Assembly (NCBI GenBank): GCA_964016885.1
Contig: OZ024745.1
Coordinates: 73,346,001-73,410,000, forward strand
Direction of reading: 5' to 3'
Source of the DNA: Eledone cirrhosa
Lineage: Eukaryota
Length of the DNA: 64,000 bases
Numbering within the stretch: position 1 is the stretch's first letter; each line of letters starts with the position of its first letter. This document shows, piece by piece, positions 1 through 11,690 of the stretch. The notes under the pieces were generated by a model. That model saw only the letters and a list, made by a program, of their open reading frames with translations. It was not told the origin of the DNA and did not search any database. The position numbers and the translations under genes are program-made.

Positions 1-1647
1 TTAAAAATTTTGAAAATTAACGAAGGGAGGATATGTGCGAGGAAAAATATTTTATTTAGGGAGGGGGGGGGGAAGGATGAAAAAAAGGGGGAGGAGATGA
101 GAGTGAAGGTGGAGAGGGAGAGATGGGTGATAGAGAGAAAGAGATAGTTTTTATAACTGAGAAAAAGATATATTGTTTTAATATAGAGAGGTTGGGAACC
201 GTTGGAAGATAATGTATAAATTAAAGGAATTTGAAAATTAACGAAGGGAAATTATGTATGAAGATAGAGAGAAGAAAATAATAATTGTGGGTGAATATTC
301 TAACGTCAAAAGAAGAAATGTATGTATTGTGGCTATTTCAAAATTAGCGAAGAGAGAAATGTTAAGGTTTATGTGTAGAAGGATTTGAGAAAAATAATGT
401 GAAGTTAAAGTTTGTATATTGAATTCATATGTATTAATAATGAGTTCGTTGATGGGGAGAAAAAAATAAATAATAATAAATTAAGGATGAAATTGAGATT
501 AAAAAGATTTATGATAGAGAGAAAAAATAATAATGATTGCGGATGAATATTCAAAAAGTCAAAAACAAATGTTATTGTTTTACGAGAAGATAGAATGAGG
601 GTAATGAGTAAACGAGTATTATAGAGTGTATAATGCCCTTTAAAGTAAGGTAAGGTAGATGGGTATATTTTAAAGAGGTGTATGTATATGTGCCTTTGAG
701 AAAAGATTCTAAATTGATAAAGAATTGAATATTAACTGTATACTTTGTGAAAAGTTCTATGGAATTTATGCAGGCAGATAGAAAACAAATCTGAGCGTCT
801 ATTTATTATGGATTCTAGGTTAGAGATAATGGTAAATTTTTCATTTAGGCAGAGATTACAGATTTTAGATAGAGAGCTGTTCAAGTATGAGGATGCAGAA
901 GAAATCTTTTTCCAAAAGATGCTATATTTAATGTTTTTGTCTTTTAAGGACCATATGAGTTCTGAGAGAGCAGTGTTAGTTCTTTTAAGTTTGTATTTGA
1001 AAGATGAATGATGATTATAGAGACGAGCTTTAAAAGAGGTGGAAGTGGAGCCAAAATAGGTGAAGGAATTGGTGCTAGTTATAATTTTACATTCATAAAT
1101 TAAGTTTTTATCGAGGCAATGGTTGTTGAGAGGACATTTATTTTTAATGCGGCAGTTGCAATTAGAGAGATTATTAATGAGTGATCTAGTGTTATCTATA
1201 GAAGGAATTGGATTGGAGAAGTTGTTTGCGATAGGAATAATAGGAATAATAGTTTCTTGATTTAGAGTTGGATTATGAACATTTAGCGAAGTTGTGTTTG
1301 ACGTTGTATTTGGGTTTACAGAAGTTAGCCTAGGGTTTACAATGACGTCGGGAGTACTATTACTGTTATTATGAAATTCAATATTGGAAGGAAGAGATTT
1401 AGTATTTAATATTTTGTTGTTGTGTTTAGAGATGATGTTGGAAATATTGGAGGATGTAGAATACGAAAATTTGATGGTGTGTTTGTTAAATATTTTACTA
1501 TAGATATGTGAGGGAGGGAAGCATTTATTTAAGACACTAAAAAATAATTTAGGAATATTGTTATTAATAGAGATGGAGAAAGGAGCATTATACCAGATTA
1601 TGTTTTTGTATCTAGGTCTTTTATTAAAATTATTGGAATGGTTATGA
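1..1647 (-). mobile_element. Inverted partial copy of the Penelope-like element (3' part of ORF plus most of the pLTR); runs off the window start
   Basis: Reverse complement of ~4557-6206 with only a few substitutions. ORF-track peptides 808-1011(+) and 5193-5396(-) are identical except for one residue. Confidence 0.95.
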
Positions 1648-1651
1648 ACAG

Positions 1652-2993
1652 CTCATACTTGAACAGCTCTCTATCTAAAATCTGTAATCTCTGCCTAAAT
1701 GAAAAATTTACCATTATCTCTAACCTAGAATCCATAATAAATAGACGCTCAGATTTGTTTTCTATCTGCCTGCATAAATTCCATAGAACTTTTCACAAAG
1801 TATACAGTTAATATTCAATTCTTTATCAATTTAGAATCTTTTCTCAAAGGCACATATACATACACCTCTTTAAAATATACCCATCTACCTTACCTTACTT
1901 TAAAGGGCATTATACACTCTATAATACTCGTTTACTCATTACCCTCATTCTATCTTCTCGTAAAACAATAACATTTGTTTTTGACTTTTTGAATATTCAT
2001 CCGCAATCATTATTATTTTTTCTCTCTATCATAAATCTTTTTAATCTCAATTTCATCCTTAATTTATTATTATTTATTTTTTTCTCCCCATCAACGAACT
2101 CATTATTAATACATATGAATTCAATATACAAACTTTAACTTCACATTATTTTTCTCAAATCCTTCTACACATAAACCTTAACATTTCTCTCTTCGCTAAT
2201 TTTGAAATAGCCACAATACATACATTTCTTCTTTTGACGTTAGAATATTCACCCACAATTATTATTTTTTTCTCTCTATCTTCATACATAATTTCCCTTC
2301 GTTAATTTTCAAATTCCTTTAATTTATACATTATCTTCCAACGGTTCCCAACCTCTCTATATTAAAACAATATATCTTTTTCTCAGTTATAAAAACTATC
2401 TCTTTCTCTCTATCACCCATCTCTCCCTCTCCACCTTCACTCTCATCTCCTCCCCCTTTTTTTCATCCTTTCCACCCCCTCCCTCCCTAAATAAAATATT
2501 TTTCCTCGCACATATCCTCCCTTCGTTAATTTTCAAAATTTTTAATTTATACAGTATCTTCCAACGGTTTTCAACCCCTCTATATAAAAAATATATCTCC
2601 TCTCAGTTATAAAAACTATCTCTTTCTCTCTATCACCCATCTCTCCCTCTCATCCCCTTCCCTTCTCATCCTCCCCCCCCCTCTCTAAATAAAATATTTT
2701 TCCCAATATCACACATCAATCTAAAACCACTTTTCATATGTTGATTTAAAACTGCACTATCAACAAGTGTTTTTTAGCCTTCATATCATGTTCTCCTGTT
2801 TTATCTGATGAAAACAAATATTATTGCTTGATGATGTTTGTTTTTGAAATGCGCATAATAAAATATATGGAACTCCTTTAACCATCTTTTGATCTTATAT
2901 TATGCATACTCCAGTCCCACAAACTGTAGAGTGCTTCTTATCCGATATCTGCATTGCTTTATTGTACTACAATAAAACTCACCTTCTACATTA
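1652..2993 (+). repeat. 5' pseudo-LTR of the PLE
   Basis: Near-identical to 5313-6653. Includes the ORF C-terminus, CT-rich internal sub-repeats and a hammerhead. Confidence 0.93.
2799..2863 (+). ncRNA. Type I hammerhead ribozyme in the 5' pLTR
   Basis: ttttat-CTGATGA-aaacaaata...tgtttgttt(tt)-GAAA-tgcgca-TA-ataaaa. Stem I is ttttat/ataaaa and stem III is the palindrome ATGCGCAT, as typical of dimeric PLE HHRs. There are extra U residues before GAAA. Confidence 0.8.
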
Positions 2994-3009
2994 ACTTGCT
3001 CCTTAACGG

Positions 3010-5472
3010 TTGAGCGCTTACTCTCATATTGGATACCTTTTGATGGTCCTTCACCTCTTCTTCTACAACATGGATTATTACAACATAACCAATTCAACTA
3101 AAGACATTCCTATACCTGGTAAATCTGAATTCACCAAACTTCTTATTGAAAAAACTGACTCCTTCGTAAGAAGACTTAGATGGACAGCCTATTTCTATGA
3201 CCAGCGCCTAAAAGGGAACTTTCATACCAAAGAACACAACTTCCTCGATCATCTTTTTAATTCTAGACGAAATCCTCCTTCCAACAAAAATCTAGCACAA
3301 TTCGAGGAAGAATTAACTAAAATAATAAAAAATCTTAAATTCAAGAGATACCCTTACAAAGGACAAGAGCACCTTGTAAATCTCAAGAACACAATCTCTA
3401 ACCTAAATTCCTCAAAAAATGTTTTAGTCCACTCTGACAAAACCAATAACCTATATGGTATTTCCAAGGATAATTATAACAACCTTATCCTAAAGGAACT
3501 TAGGAAAAAGTATCGTAAAACCAACCATGAAAATTTAGAATGCATAAACCTTGAAGCCTATGAGATTATGTCAAAACTTGGCATTGAAAAAAAGACCGAA
3601 CCATTCCTCCCAAGAACTCCGAGGATAAATCTCAAGGATCACAAAAACAATTTTCGCACTGAACTACCTGTTAGATTAATCGCCCCCTCTAAATCTGATT
3701 TGGGGGTTGTTAGTAAAGCCATCTTGGATAGGATTATCCCACAGGTTAGTTCTAATTGCTCTTCTTTAAACCTAAATTTATGGTTTGGTACTTCTGAAGT
3801 GATTGGCTGGTTCAACAAATTGGATAATAAAAACAAACTAAAATTTATTCAATTCGATATTGCCAGCTACTATTCCTCCATTTCGCCTTCACTTCTCAAT
3901 AATGCTCTATCTTTCGCACTTAAATATTCTGACATCACCACAGATGAACTTCACATCATCCTCACCGCACGTAAAACCATCCTAGAGTTCAACAACGAAT
4001 ATTGGACCAGAGCCGATACCTCTAACAACTTCGACATCACAATGGGAGCATCCGATTCATCCCAATTGACTGATTTAATTGGTATCTTCATTTTGAACTC
4101 TTTGAGTCGGAAAATTCCTCAACTTCGCGGTGGAATTTATCGTGACGATGGACTCTTTACTATCCTAAATTGCAATATAGTTAAACTTAATATTATTAAG
4201 AACAATATACGTAATCTCTTTAACCAACATAACCTAAAAATTGAATTTGATAATAGTATCAAACTAGCTAATTTCTTGGATGTATCTCTTAATCTTGACA
4301 CTGGCCTATATTACCCTTACCATAAAAACAATGAGAATCTTAATTATGTTAACTTTAAATCTAACCATCCTACCAATATCAAGAATGCTATAGTTAATAA
4401 TATTGGAAATAGAATATCTAACATATCTTCTAATAAAAACATCTTTGATGCTAACGCCAATTACTATAATAACGCACTTTCTAAAGCCGGCTATCCAGAT
4501 AAAATCAAATATAATAAAGAAACAAATTCTAGGAAAACTTACAGTAGAATAATTAATCATAACCATTCCAATAATTTTAATAAAAGACCTAGATACAAAA
4601 ACATAATCTGGTATAATGCTCCTTTCTCCATCTCTATTAATAACAATATTCCTAAATTATTTTTTAGTGCCTTAAATAAATGCTTCCCTCCCTCACATAT
4701 CTATAGTAAAATATTTAACAAACACACCATCAAATTTTCGTATTCTACATCCGCCAATATTTCCAACATCATCTCTAAACACAACAACAAAATATTAAAT
4801 ACTAAATCTCTTCCTTCCAATATTGAATTTCATAATAACAGTAATAGTACTCCCGACGTCATTGTAAACCCTAGGCTAACTTCTGTAAACCCAAATACAA
4901 CGTCAAACACAACTTCGCTAAATGTTCATAATCCAACTCTAAATCAAGAAACTATTATTCCTATTATTCCTATCGCAAACAACTTCTCCAATCCAATTCC
5001 TTCTATAGATAACACTAGATCACTCATTAATAATCTCTCTAATTGCAACTGCCGCATTAAAAATAAATGTCCTCTCAACAACCATTGCCTCGATAAAAAC
5101 TTAATTTATGAATGTAAAATTATAACTAGCACCAATTCCTTCACCTATTTTGGCTCCACTTCCACCTCTTTTAAAGCTCGTCTCTATAATCATCATTCAT
5201 CTTTCAAATACAAACTTAAAAGAACTAACACTGCTCTCTCAGAACTCATATGGTCCTTAAAAGACAAAAACATTAAATATAGCATCTTTTGGAAAAAGAT
5301 TTCTTCTGCATCCTCATACTTGAACAGCTCTATATCTAAAATCTGTAATCTCTGCCTAAATGAAAAATTTACCATTATCTCTAACCTAGAATCCATAATA
5401 AATAGACGCTCAGATTTGTTTTCTATCTGCCTGCATAAATTCCATAGAACTTTTCACAAAGTATACAGTTAA
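3010..5472 (+). CDS. PLE polyprotein: reverse transcriptase + Cys-rich linker + C-terminal GIY-YIG endonuclease (most like the Naiad clade); probable ATG at 3070
   Basis: Uninterrupted 820 codons. RT motifs PVRLI, FIQFDIASYYSSI, FDITMGASDS, IYRDDGL, NFLDVSL. Linker CNCRIKNKCPLNNHC. GIY-YIG LIYECKI...TYFGST...KARLYNHHSSF. C-terminal CNLCLNEK...CLH. Confidence 0.93.
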   Translation: MSAYSHIGYLLMVLHLFFYNMDYYNITNSTKDIPIPGKSEFTKLLIEKTDSFVRRLRWTAYFYDQRLKGNFHTKEHNFLDHLFNSRRNPPSNKNLAQFEEELTKIIKNLKFKRYPYKGQEHLVNLKNTISNLNSSKNVLVHSDKTNNLYGISKDNYNNLILKELRKKYRKTNHENLECINLEAYEIMSKLGIEKKTEPFLPRTPRINLKDHKNNFRTELPVRLIAPSKSDLGVVSKAILDRIIPQVSSNCSSLNLNLWFGTSEVIGWFNKLDNKNKLKFIQFDIASYYSSISPSLLNNALSFALKYSDITTDELHIILTARKTILEFNNEYWTRADTSNNFDITMGASDSSQLTDLIGIFILNSLSRKIPQLRGGIYRDDGLFTILNCNIVKLNIIKNNIRNLFNQHNLKIEFDNSIKLANFLDVSLNLDTGLYYPYHKNNENLNYVNFKSNHPTNIKNAIVNNIGNRISNISSNKNIFDANANYYNNALSKAGYPDKIKYNKETNSRKTYSRIINHNHSNNFNKRPRYKNIIWYNAPFSISINNNIPKLFFSALNKCFPPSHIYSKIFNKHTIKFSYSTSANISNIISKHNNKILNTKSLPSNIEFHNNSNSTPDVIVNPRLTSVNPNTTSNTTSLNVHNPTLNQETIIPIIPIANNFSNPIPSIDNTRSLINNLSNCNCRIKNKCPLNNHCLDKNLIYECKIITSTNSFTYFGSTSTSFKARLYNHHSSFKYKLKRTNTALSELIWSLKDKNIKYSIFWKKISSASSYLNSSISKICNLCLNEKFTIISNLESIINRRSDLFSICLHKFHRTFHKVYS

Positions 5473-6649
5473 TATTCAATTCTTTATCAATTTAGAATCT
5501 TTTCTCAAAGGCACATATACATACACCTCTTTAAAATATACCCATCTACCTTACCTTACTTTAAAGGGCATTATACACTCTATAATACTCGTTTACTCAT
5601 TACCCTCATTCTATCTTCTCGTAAAACAATAACATTTGTTTTTGACTTTTTGAATATTCATCCGCAATCATTATTATTTTTTCTCTCTATCATAAATCTT
5701 TTTAATCTCAATTTCATCCTTAATTTATTATTATTTATTTTTTTCTCCCCATCAACGAACTCATTATTAATACATATGAATTCAATATACAAACTTTAAC
5801 TTCACATTATTTTTCTCAAATCCTTCTACACATAAACCTTAACATTTCTCTCTTCGCTAATTTTGAAATAGCCACAATACATACATTTCTTCTTTTGACG
5901 TTAGAATATTCACCCACAATTATTATTTTTTTCTCTCTATCTTCATACATAATTTCCCTTCGTTAATTTTCAAATTCCTTTAATTTATACATTATCTTCC
6001 AACGGTTCCCAACCTCTCTATATTAAAACAATATATCTTTTTCTCAGTTATAAAAACTATCTCTTTCTCTCTATCACCCATCTCTCCCTCTCCACCTTCA
6101 CTCTCATCTCCTCCCCCTTTTTTTCATCCTTTCCACCCCCTCCCTCCCTAAATAAAATATTTTTCCTCGCACATATCCTCCCTTCGTTAATTTTCAAAAT
6201 TTTTAATTTATACAGTATCTTCCAACGGTTTTCAACCCCTCTATATAAAAAATATATCTCCTCTCAGTTATAAAAACTATCTCTTTCTCTCTATCACCCA
6301 TCTCTCCCTCTCATCCCCTTCCCTTCTCATCCTCCCCCCCCTCTCTAAATAAAATATTTTTCCCAATATCACACATCAATCTAAAACCACTTTTCATATG
6401 TTGATTTAAAACTGCACTATCAACAAGTGTTTTTTAGCCTTCATATCATGTTCTCCTGTTTTAGCTGATGAAAACAAATATTATTGCTTGATGATGTTTG
6501 TTTTTGAAATGCGCATAATAAAATATATGGAACTCCTTTAACCATCTTTTGATCTTATATTATGCATACTCCAGTCCCACAAACTGTAGAGTGCTTCTTA
6601 TCCGATATCTGCATTGCTTTATTGTACTACAATAAAACTCACCTTCTAC

Positions 6650-6653
<4 letters not shown>
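5313..6653 (+). repeat. 3' pseudo-LTR of the PLE
   Basis: Direct repeat of 1652-2993, followed by (TA)n at 6652-6690. Confidence 0.93.
6459..6523 (+). ncRNA. Type I hammerhead in the 3' pLTR (T>G at the stem I base next to the core)
   Basis: Same as 2799-2863 except ttttag-CTGATGA. Confidence 0.72.
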
Positions 6654-6694
<41 letters not shown>

Positions 6695-7329
6695 ACAGGC
6701 ATATACATATATATATATTTCGTTTTTGTAAATGTTTTGTAAGAATTTTGACGTGAAATCTCTTATTTCCCCTTTATACCACTCTTCTTTCCATTTCAAT
6801 CTCCGTTCCCATTTTTTTATTCTTCCTGTTTTGCTATCGTTACACACACATTAATTCAGTATTGTTGTTCATCCCCAGTTTTGCCTTGATCAAGCAAAAC
6901 AATAATCAGAGACGTTCCGGCCATGATTATTCTGGCCTTTATTCGGACAGTACATTTAGGACTATATAATATCTACGAATTAAGTCACTTATCTATAACT
7001 CAAACCTGAATCAAACAAACCCCATAGGCTATCTACATGACACAGTGAATATAGATGTATCAAGAATGCACTTAGAATTTACGAGAGAGAATCGCTAATT
7101 ATCCTCTATGCACTTATAATTTATTTGCTATTGGCGAGGAAAATCATTTATGTGCACACCACTAGACGTTGTCTCCCTCTAGTCATTATGGTGTAGGTTG
7201 AACTTGAAACTTCAATTAAGTTTTCATTGAAATTACACTAAGTGTAGCTCTGCATTCTGTTTGCTCGACAGTAAACAATGTTCGTTATAGGAAGATTTGC
7301 CTGACGAGCTAAAACATGCAATTGTAAGC

Positions 7330-7830
7330 TAACTCCAAAGGCGGACAAGCATTACACGGTAATACTTGTCCACGTATTGTTGATTACATTGCTGAAATCC
7401 TGCCGAACCAGGAATTTGAGGTATTGGAACATCCTTTATATATTCCTGGCTCTGCACCTTCAGATGATCATCCGCTTGTTCCATTCAACGAGGTTTTTTC
7501 CCTTTGGTTTCTAAACTACATGAAACCGCCTCTGGTTCTACGATACAAGACTGTTTGTTTCAAATTGTTTACATTTATGTAAATACCTTCCTGTTAAGTT
7601 ATGTTCCAAACAGCAGATAAACAATGAAAAAGTTAATTATATTACTAAATCCTTCCGAATTTTTAGAAATATGATGTCAAAAGGGTTAGGAAACCGCCGC
7701 CTATTTGTCACGGACAAAGAAGTGAAGGAAGCGATGCATACATGGATCATCTCTCAGCCGAAACTCTTTTTTTTGTGAGGCCATAAAAAACGTTTGTGCA
7801 CAATGCACTGTGTCGAAAAGCACTACTGCT
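7330..7830 (+). pseudogene. Degraded mariner transposase fragment, interrupted by another ~200-bp repeat (~7490-7688)
   Basis: 7421-7486 translates VLEHPLYIPGSAPSDDHPLVPF (cf. mariner HPPYSPDLAPSDYHLF). From ~7708 it reads TDKEVKEAMHTWIISQPKLFF. Confidence 0.7.
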
Positions 7831-7960
7831 AGTGTAGTAAACTTTAAAAGCTACCCCCCCCCCCAAAAAAAAAGAAAGAAAAGAAAACAAAAATAAAACA
7901 TAAACGGATCACTTTTCTTTGGCGCGAAAACAGAAAGCGGAGCGGCTATAGTTAACAATT

Positions 7961-8398
7961 ATTTCTATTATAGGCACAAGGCCAGCAATTGGGGGTGGGG
8001 GGTCGATTAAATCGACTGGTGCTTTATTTTATGAACCCCGTAAGATGAAAGGCAAAGCTAACTTTGGTGGGATTTGAACTCAGAAAGTAAAGGGTCGTAA
8101 CTAAATGCCACAAAGCATGGTGTCCGACGCTCTACCGATACTGCCAATCTATCAATCTGGCAATAATAATAATAATAATAACAATAATTTCTACTATAGG
8201 CACAAGGCCAGCAATTTTGGGGTAGGGGAAAGTCGATTAAATCGACCCAGTGCATTACTGGTGCTTTATTTTATCGACCTCGTAAGGATGCAAGGCAAAG
8301 CTAAACTCGGCGAGATTTGAAATCTGAACGTAAAGGGCCGTAACTCGATGCTGCAAAGCATGTTGTCCGAAGCTCTACCAATACTGCCAATCCACCGC
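7961..8398 (-). mobile_element. Two tandem copies of tRNA-derived SINE family 1 (7961-8152, 8184-8398)
   Basis: A-box-like tggcagtatcggtag and B-box gagttcaaatccc. Central gcctttcatccttacggggtcgataaaataaagtaccag resembles the Meta-SINE domain. Tail ggccttgtgcc...agaaa(att)n. Confidence 0.85.
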
Positions 8399-9477
8399 AA
8401 TGATAGTAAATAAATAATATCAATATGGAAAATAAGAAAATAAAAGAGAAGAAGAAAAATAAAAGCGAAAAATAGAATTAAATTTAAAAGCAATAATAAA
8501 AACTACGAGTCAAATGTTAAATAAAACTAAAATAAATCCACTTACACAAATATAAACATCCACACCTATTGAAGAGAGAGACAATGAAAATGAAAAAAAC
8601 TCGAATACTCACATGCCAAAGCACCCTACCTAGCAGGTTCCTGTTCAAAGATAGTCAAAATCATCACAGAAATAATTACTTTTTTATTAAATTCCCATGG
8701 AAAAAAATATTAACCACCCCAATATCTAAAGAGGGTGTAATTACGAATTGAAAATTAAAAACAAAAAAGAAAGAATTCTCCCCACACTTAGAAAAAAATC
8801 TGATGTGGGAAAATTTCTCCGCGAAGACCATAGAGTTAAGTAGAGGCTAACATTTTTTTTTTTACGTATCTCTCACCGTATTGTAGTTTTGGTGGTCACC
8901 AGTCACCAATCTAGTACTTTCTCAAAACTGCAAAAACTAGACTTTTTTTAGAGGCGGCCTTTACTCGCCTCGTCATAGCTACATCACTGAGTTGTGAGAG
9001 CTTTCTTGGGAGCTACAAGTGTCACCCATTGCTCTATCTCCTCTAGTAGTTTACCGTGGTTAGTCCAGGGTTGCTTATTTGTCCAGCAGTTGCCCGCTTA
9101 TATCGCAACTAACCGTCATATCTGGTGGCTGTGTCGCTATCTGCCAGCTGCGACTCGTTCTCTAGCAGAACAAATTTAAAATTACATCCACAATGTAAAG
9201 ATTAATGATAATTCTTGTCAAGACACGCAATGGAGATAACGCTGAAATCCAAATTGAATAAAGTTTTGTGTGTGAACTAACATACTTAATTTGGGGAGAC
9301 AAAGATATTTCTTTCATTACGGAGGTAATTTTAATTGATTAGACATTTTTTTATTTACCTTAACCCTTTAGCATTCATATTACTCTATATATACTATTAT
9401 ATTTTCATGGTCCAGAGCGAGAGAAAAGGGGTGAGAGAGAGTGAAAGAAGAAGAAGAAGAAGAAGAAGAAGAAGAAG

Positions 9478-9606
9478 AATCGACCTAATCCCGAAAGAAG
9501 AAAAAGCGAAGTTGGCATCGGGCAGGATATGAACTTAGAACTCAGAGACGAAATGAATACGGAACATTCAATCCAACGCCATAAGGAATTTACCAGTTTA
9601 CCGCCC
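9478..9606 (-). mobile_element. Old diverged SINE fragment, head-to-head with the next copy
   Basis: Degenerate tRNA-like head and central domain. Confidence 0.55.
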
Positions 9607-9623
9607 ATATTTTTCCAATACTA

Positions 9624-9952
9624 GGCGGCGAAATGGCAGGGAGGTTAAAACGTTGGATAGAATACTGTGCGGTATTCGTTCTGGCTTTCTTCTCTGTGGG
9701 TTCAAATCCCAACGAGATCAACTTTTTCATTCATCTTTTCGAGGGCGATAAAAAAAGTACTAGTTTAGTAATGGAGTTGATTCTTCCTCTATAGATTTTT
9801 CTCACTTCTACTCTCACTTTCTATCTTTCTCTGGAAGAAATCTGCTCTTTCAGACCTGGAATGGGATGGGCTCCACCAAACTTTAAAATGCCCAAGAAAC
9901 CCCATCACGGCGTCCCTACCACCCAGGAGTCACGAGATCAAGCTTGCATACT
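9624..9952 (+). mobile_element. SINE family 2 (same head and core, different 3' tail)
   Basis: Tail gattcttcctcta...aaatctgct..ttcaga...ctccacca...ttaaaatgccc is shared with 48638-48980 and 56320-56570(-). Confidence 0.7.
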
Positions 9953-10453
9953 CAAATACATATACACCAATACCTCGTTTATGTTTCCTCTGCGAACGAA
10001 AGTTCGTAACAACGAAGCTCAATATTGTAGAAATTTAACAGCCAAAAGAAAACAAATTTCACGTTGCTTGGCCGCTCAAATGATCGTAACTTTTGTAAAG
10101 TAACACCGACCCACACACACACATACACATACACACATATACACATACATAGACACATACACACGCATACATACACTCATACATACACATTCAAAGTAAA
10201 ATCATGAAAAATACGAAGAAAATATGAAGTGTTTGGATGGATGATATGTCAAAACGTTACACGCTACTCTCTCAAGTTAGTATCCAGCAAAAGGCGTTAG
10301 ATTTATTTCATCACTTGAATGGCTGATGATTTGAACAGTTCTCGAAACGATATAATCTATGTAGCATTCGGATAATAAATGACTTATCAAGTGTTAACTT
10401 CCAGGTTACATCGGAATTTCCAGCTTGATTGAAACATATTACAGAAAGACGTA

Positions 10454-10811
10454 CTCTCGGGTCCCAAATAATAAACGGGTAGTGGGGATGATGATGGTGG
10501 AAAGTAGGTAATTTTTCTAGGTTGTCTCCCTTGATTTAAAAAAAACCCGGTATTAGTCGTTTAGTTTACATATTGAGATCCCAGCCCATCCTATTTATTT
10601 TATAACGTATGGGATTTCTTGAAATGTACTTTTTTTGTCTTGTGCGCGTATAATGTTTTGCAATATCTAAAGAAAATTATCACAGGAATGTTACCACTTG
10701 AAATAAAATTTTGCCAGAGATAGATTAACAAAGTTTAATAAACAGAGTAGGGGGAGATCGGAAAAAATTATAAGCCGGATGGAGTGGTGGCGATTATTCG
10801 AGATCCGAGAG
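10454..10811. mobile_element. TA-flanked MITE with CTCTCGG terminal inverted repeats (Tc1/mariner superfamily-like)
   Basis: TA-ctctcgggtcccaaataat...attattcgagatccgagag-TA. Homologous to 23098-23582 in the opposite orientation. Confidence 0.8.
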
Positions 10812-10819
10812 TAAATGCG

Positions 10820-11690
10820 CAGCAAATCTAGTTTTTAATGAAGACAACGCGAGCTATTTTGGAAACGTTTTACGCTATAAAACTTTTATCTTAAAGGAGG
10901 AAAAGAAAGGCACCAGAAAGTAAAACAGGAAATGAGTTGAAATATGAGGCAGTCCTTGTTTATCATTCTGATACTGCAAAAGCAATGAAAGGTGCATTCA
11001 AATCTAGTCTAACCATTATATGATTATAGACACAAGGTCAGTTATTTGGGAAAGGGGAAAGTCGATTAAATCGACCCCAGCACGTTACTGGTGCTTTATT
11101 TTATCGACCCCGTAAGGATGAAAGGCAAAGTTAACCCCGGTGGGATTTGAACTCATACCGTAAAGGACCGTAACTCTATGATGCAAAGCATGGTGTCCGA
11201 CTCTCTATCGCTACTGCCAATCCACCGCCCTTTCGTCTAACCATTATATGGAAATTTATTACAAGAGCTGGAATTATATGGGATTGTTTACTGGATTTGT
11301 TGCTCTCAAATGTTACCGTGATAAGAACAATTTTGAATTTAAGGAATGTCTGCTTTTGGATAATGCTTCTGATTATTCTTCAAATCTACATTCTGTCTAA
11401 ACAGACATTGTCACTGAAGTCGTTTTAATCCACTAAACACAAATTCAGGGAGTTATCTCTGTTTTCAAAGCTTATTATCTTAAATCTTTAAATCTGTTGA
11501 TCATAACATATGATGATAAACATCAGCCCATCAAGGAATTCTGCAATACATGCTCTATTATGCAAGCAATGAAAATATTATAGATGCTTGGAAGAAATTG
11601 AACTTAAATATCTCGTTAGAGTTTGCAAAAAATGTGTGTTCAAATGTAGATAAGGAAGACCATAGAATAGGGGTTGAAACAATCTTAACC
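10820..11690 (+). pseudogene. Degraded pogo/Tigger-like transposase, split by a SINE
   Basis: Frameshifted remnants: FNEDNASYFG (cf. FNADETGLFW), KEEKKGT, CLLLDNA, QGVISVFKAYYL. Confidence 0.65.
11023..11231 (-). mobile_element. SINE family 1 copy with 16-bp target-site duplication
   Basis: Flanked on both sides by gtctaaccattatatg (~11006-11021 and 11235-11250). Confidence 0.9.

Larger units (their letters stand above)
1652..6653 (+). mobile_element. Penelope-like retroelement (PLE), partial-tandem pLTR-ORF-pLTR structure, 3' end joined to (TA)n
   Basis: 1652-2993 is repeated directly at 5313-6653 (offset ~3660). The repeats enclose an intact RT+GIY-YIG ORF, and the element ends ...ttctacatta followed by (TA)n. 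Confidence 0.95.

Noticed and set aside
808-1011. Duplicated 67-aa ORF (also 5193-5396)
   Set aside because: Antisense frame of the PLE endonuclease region.
1652-6653. LTR retrotransposon reading of the 1.34-kb direct repeats
   Set aside because: No TG...CA ends, PBS, gag or integrase. The repeat includes the ORF end, which identifies it as a PLE pseudo-LTR.
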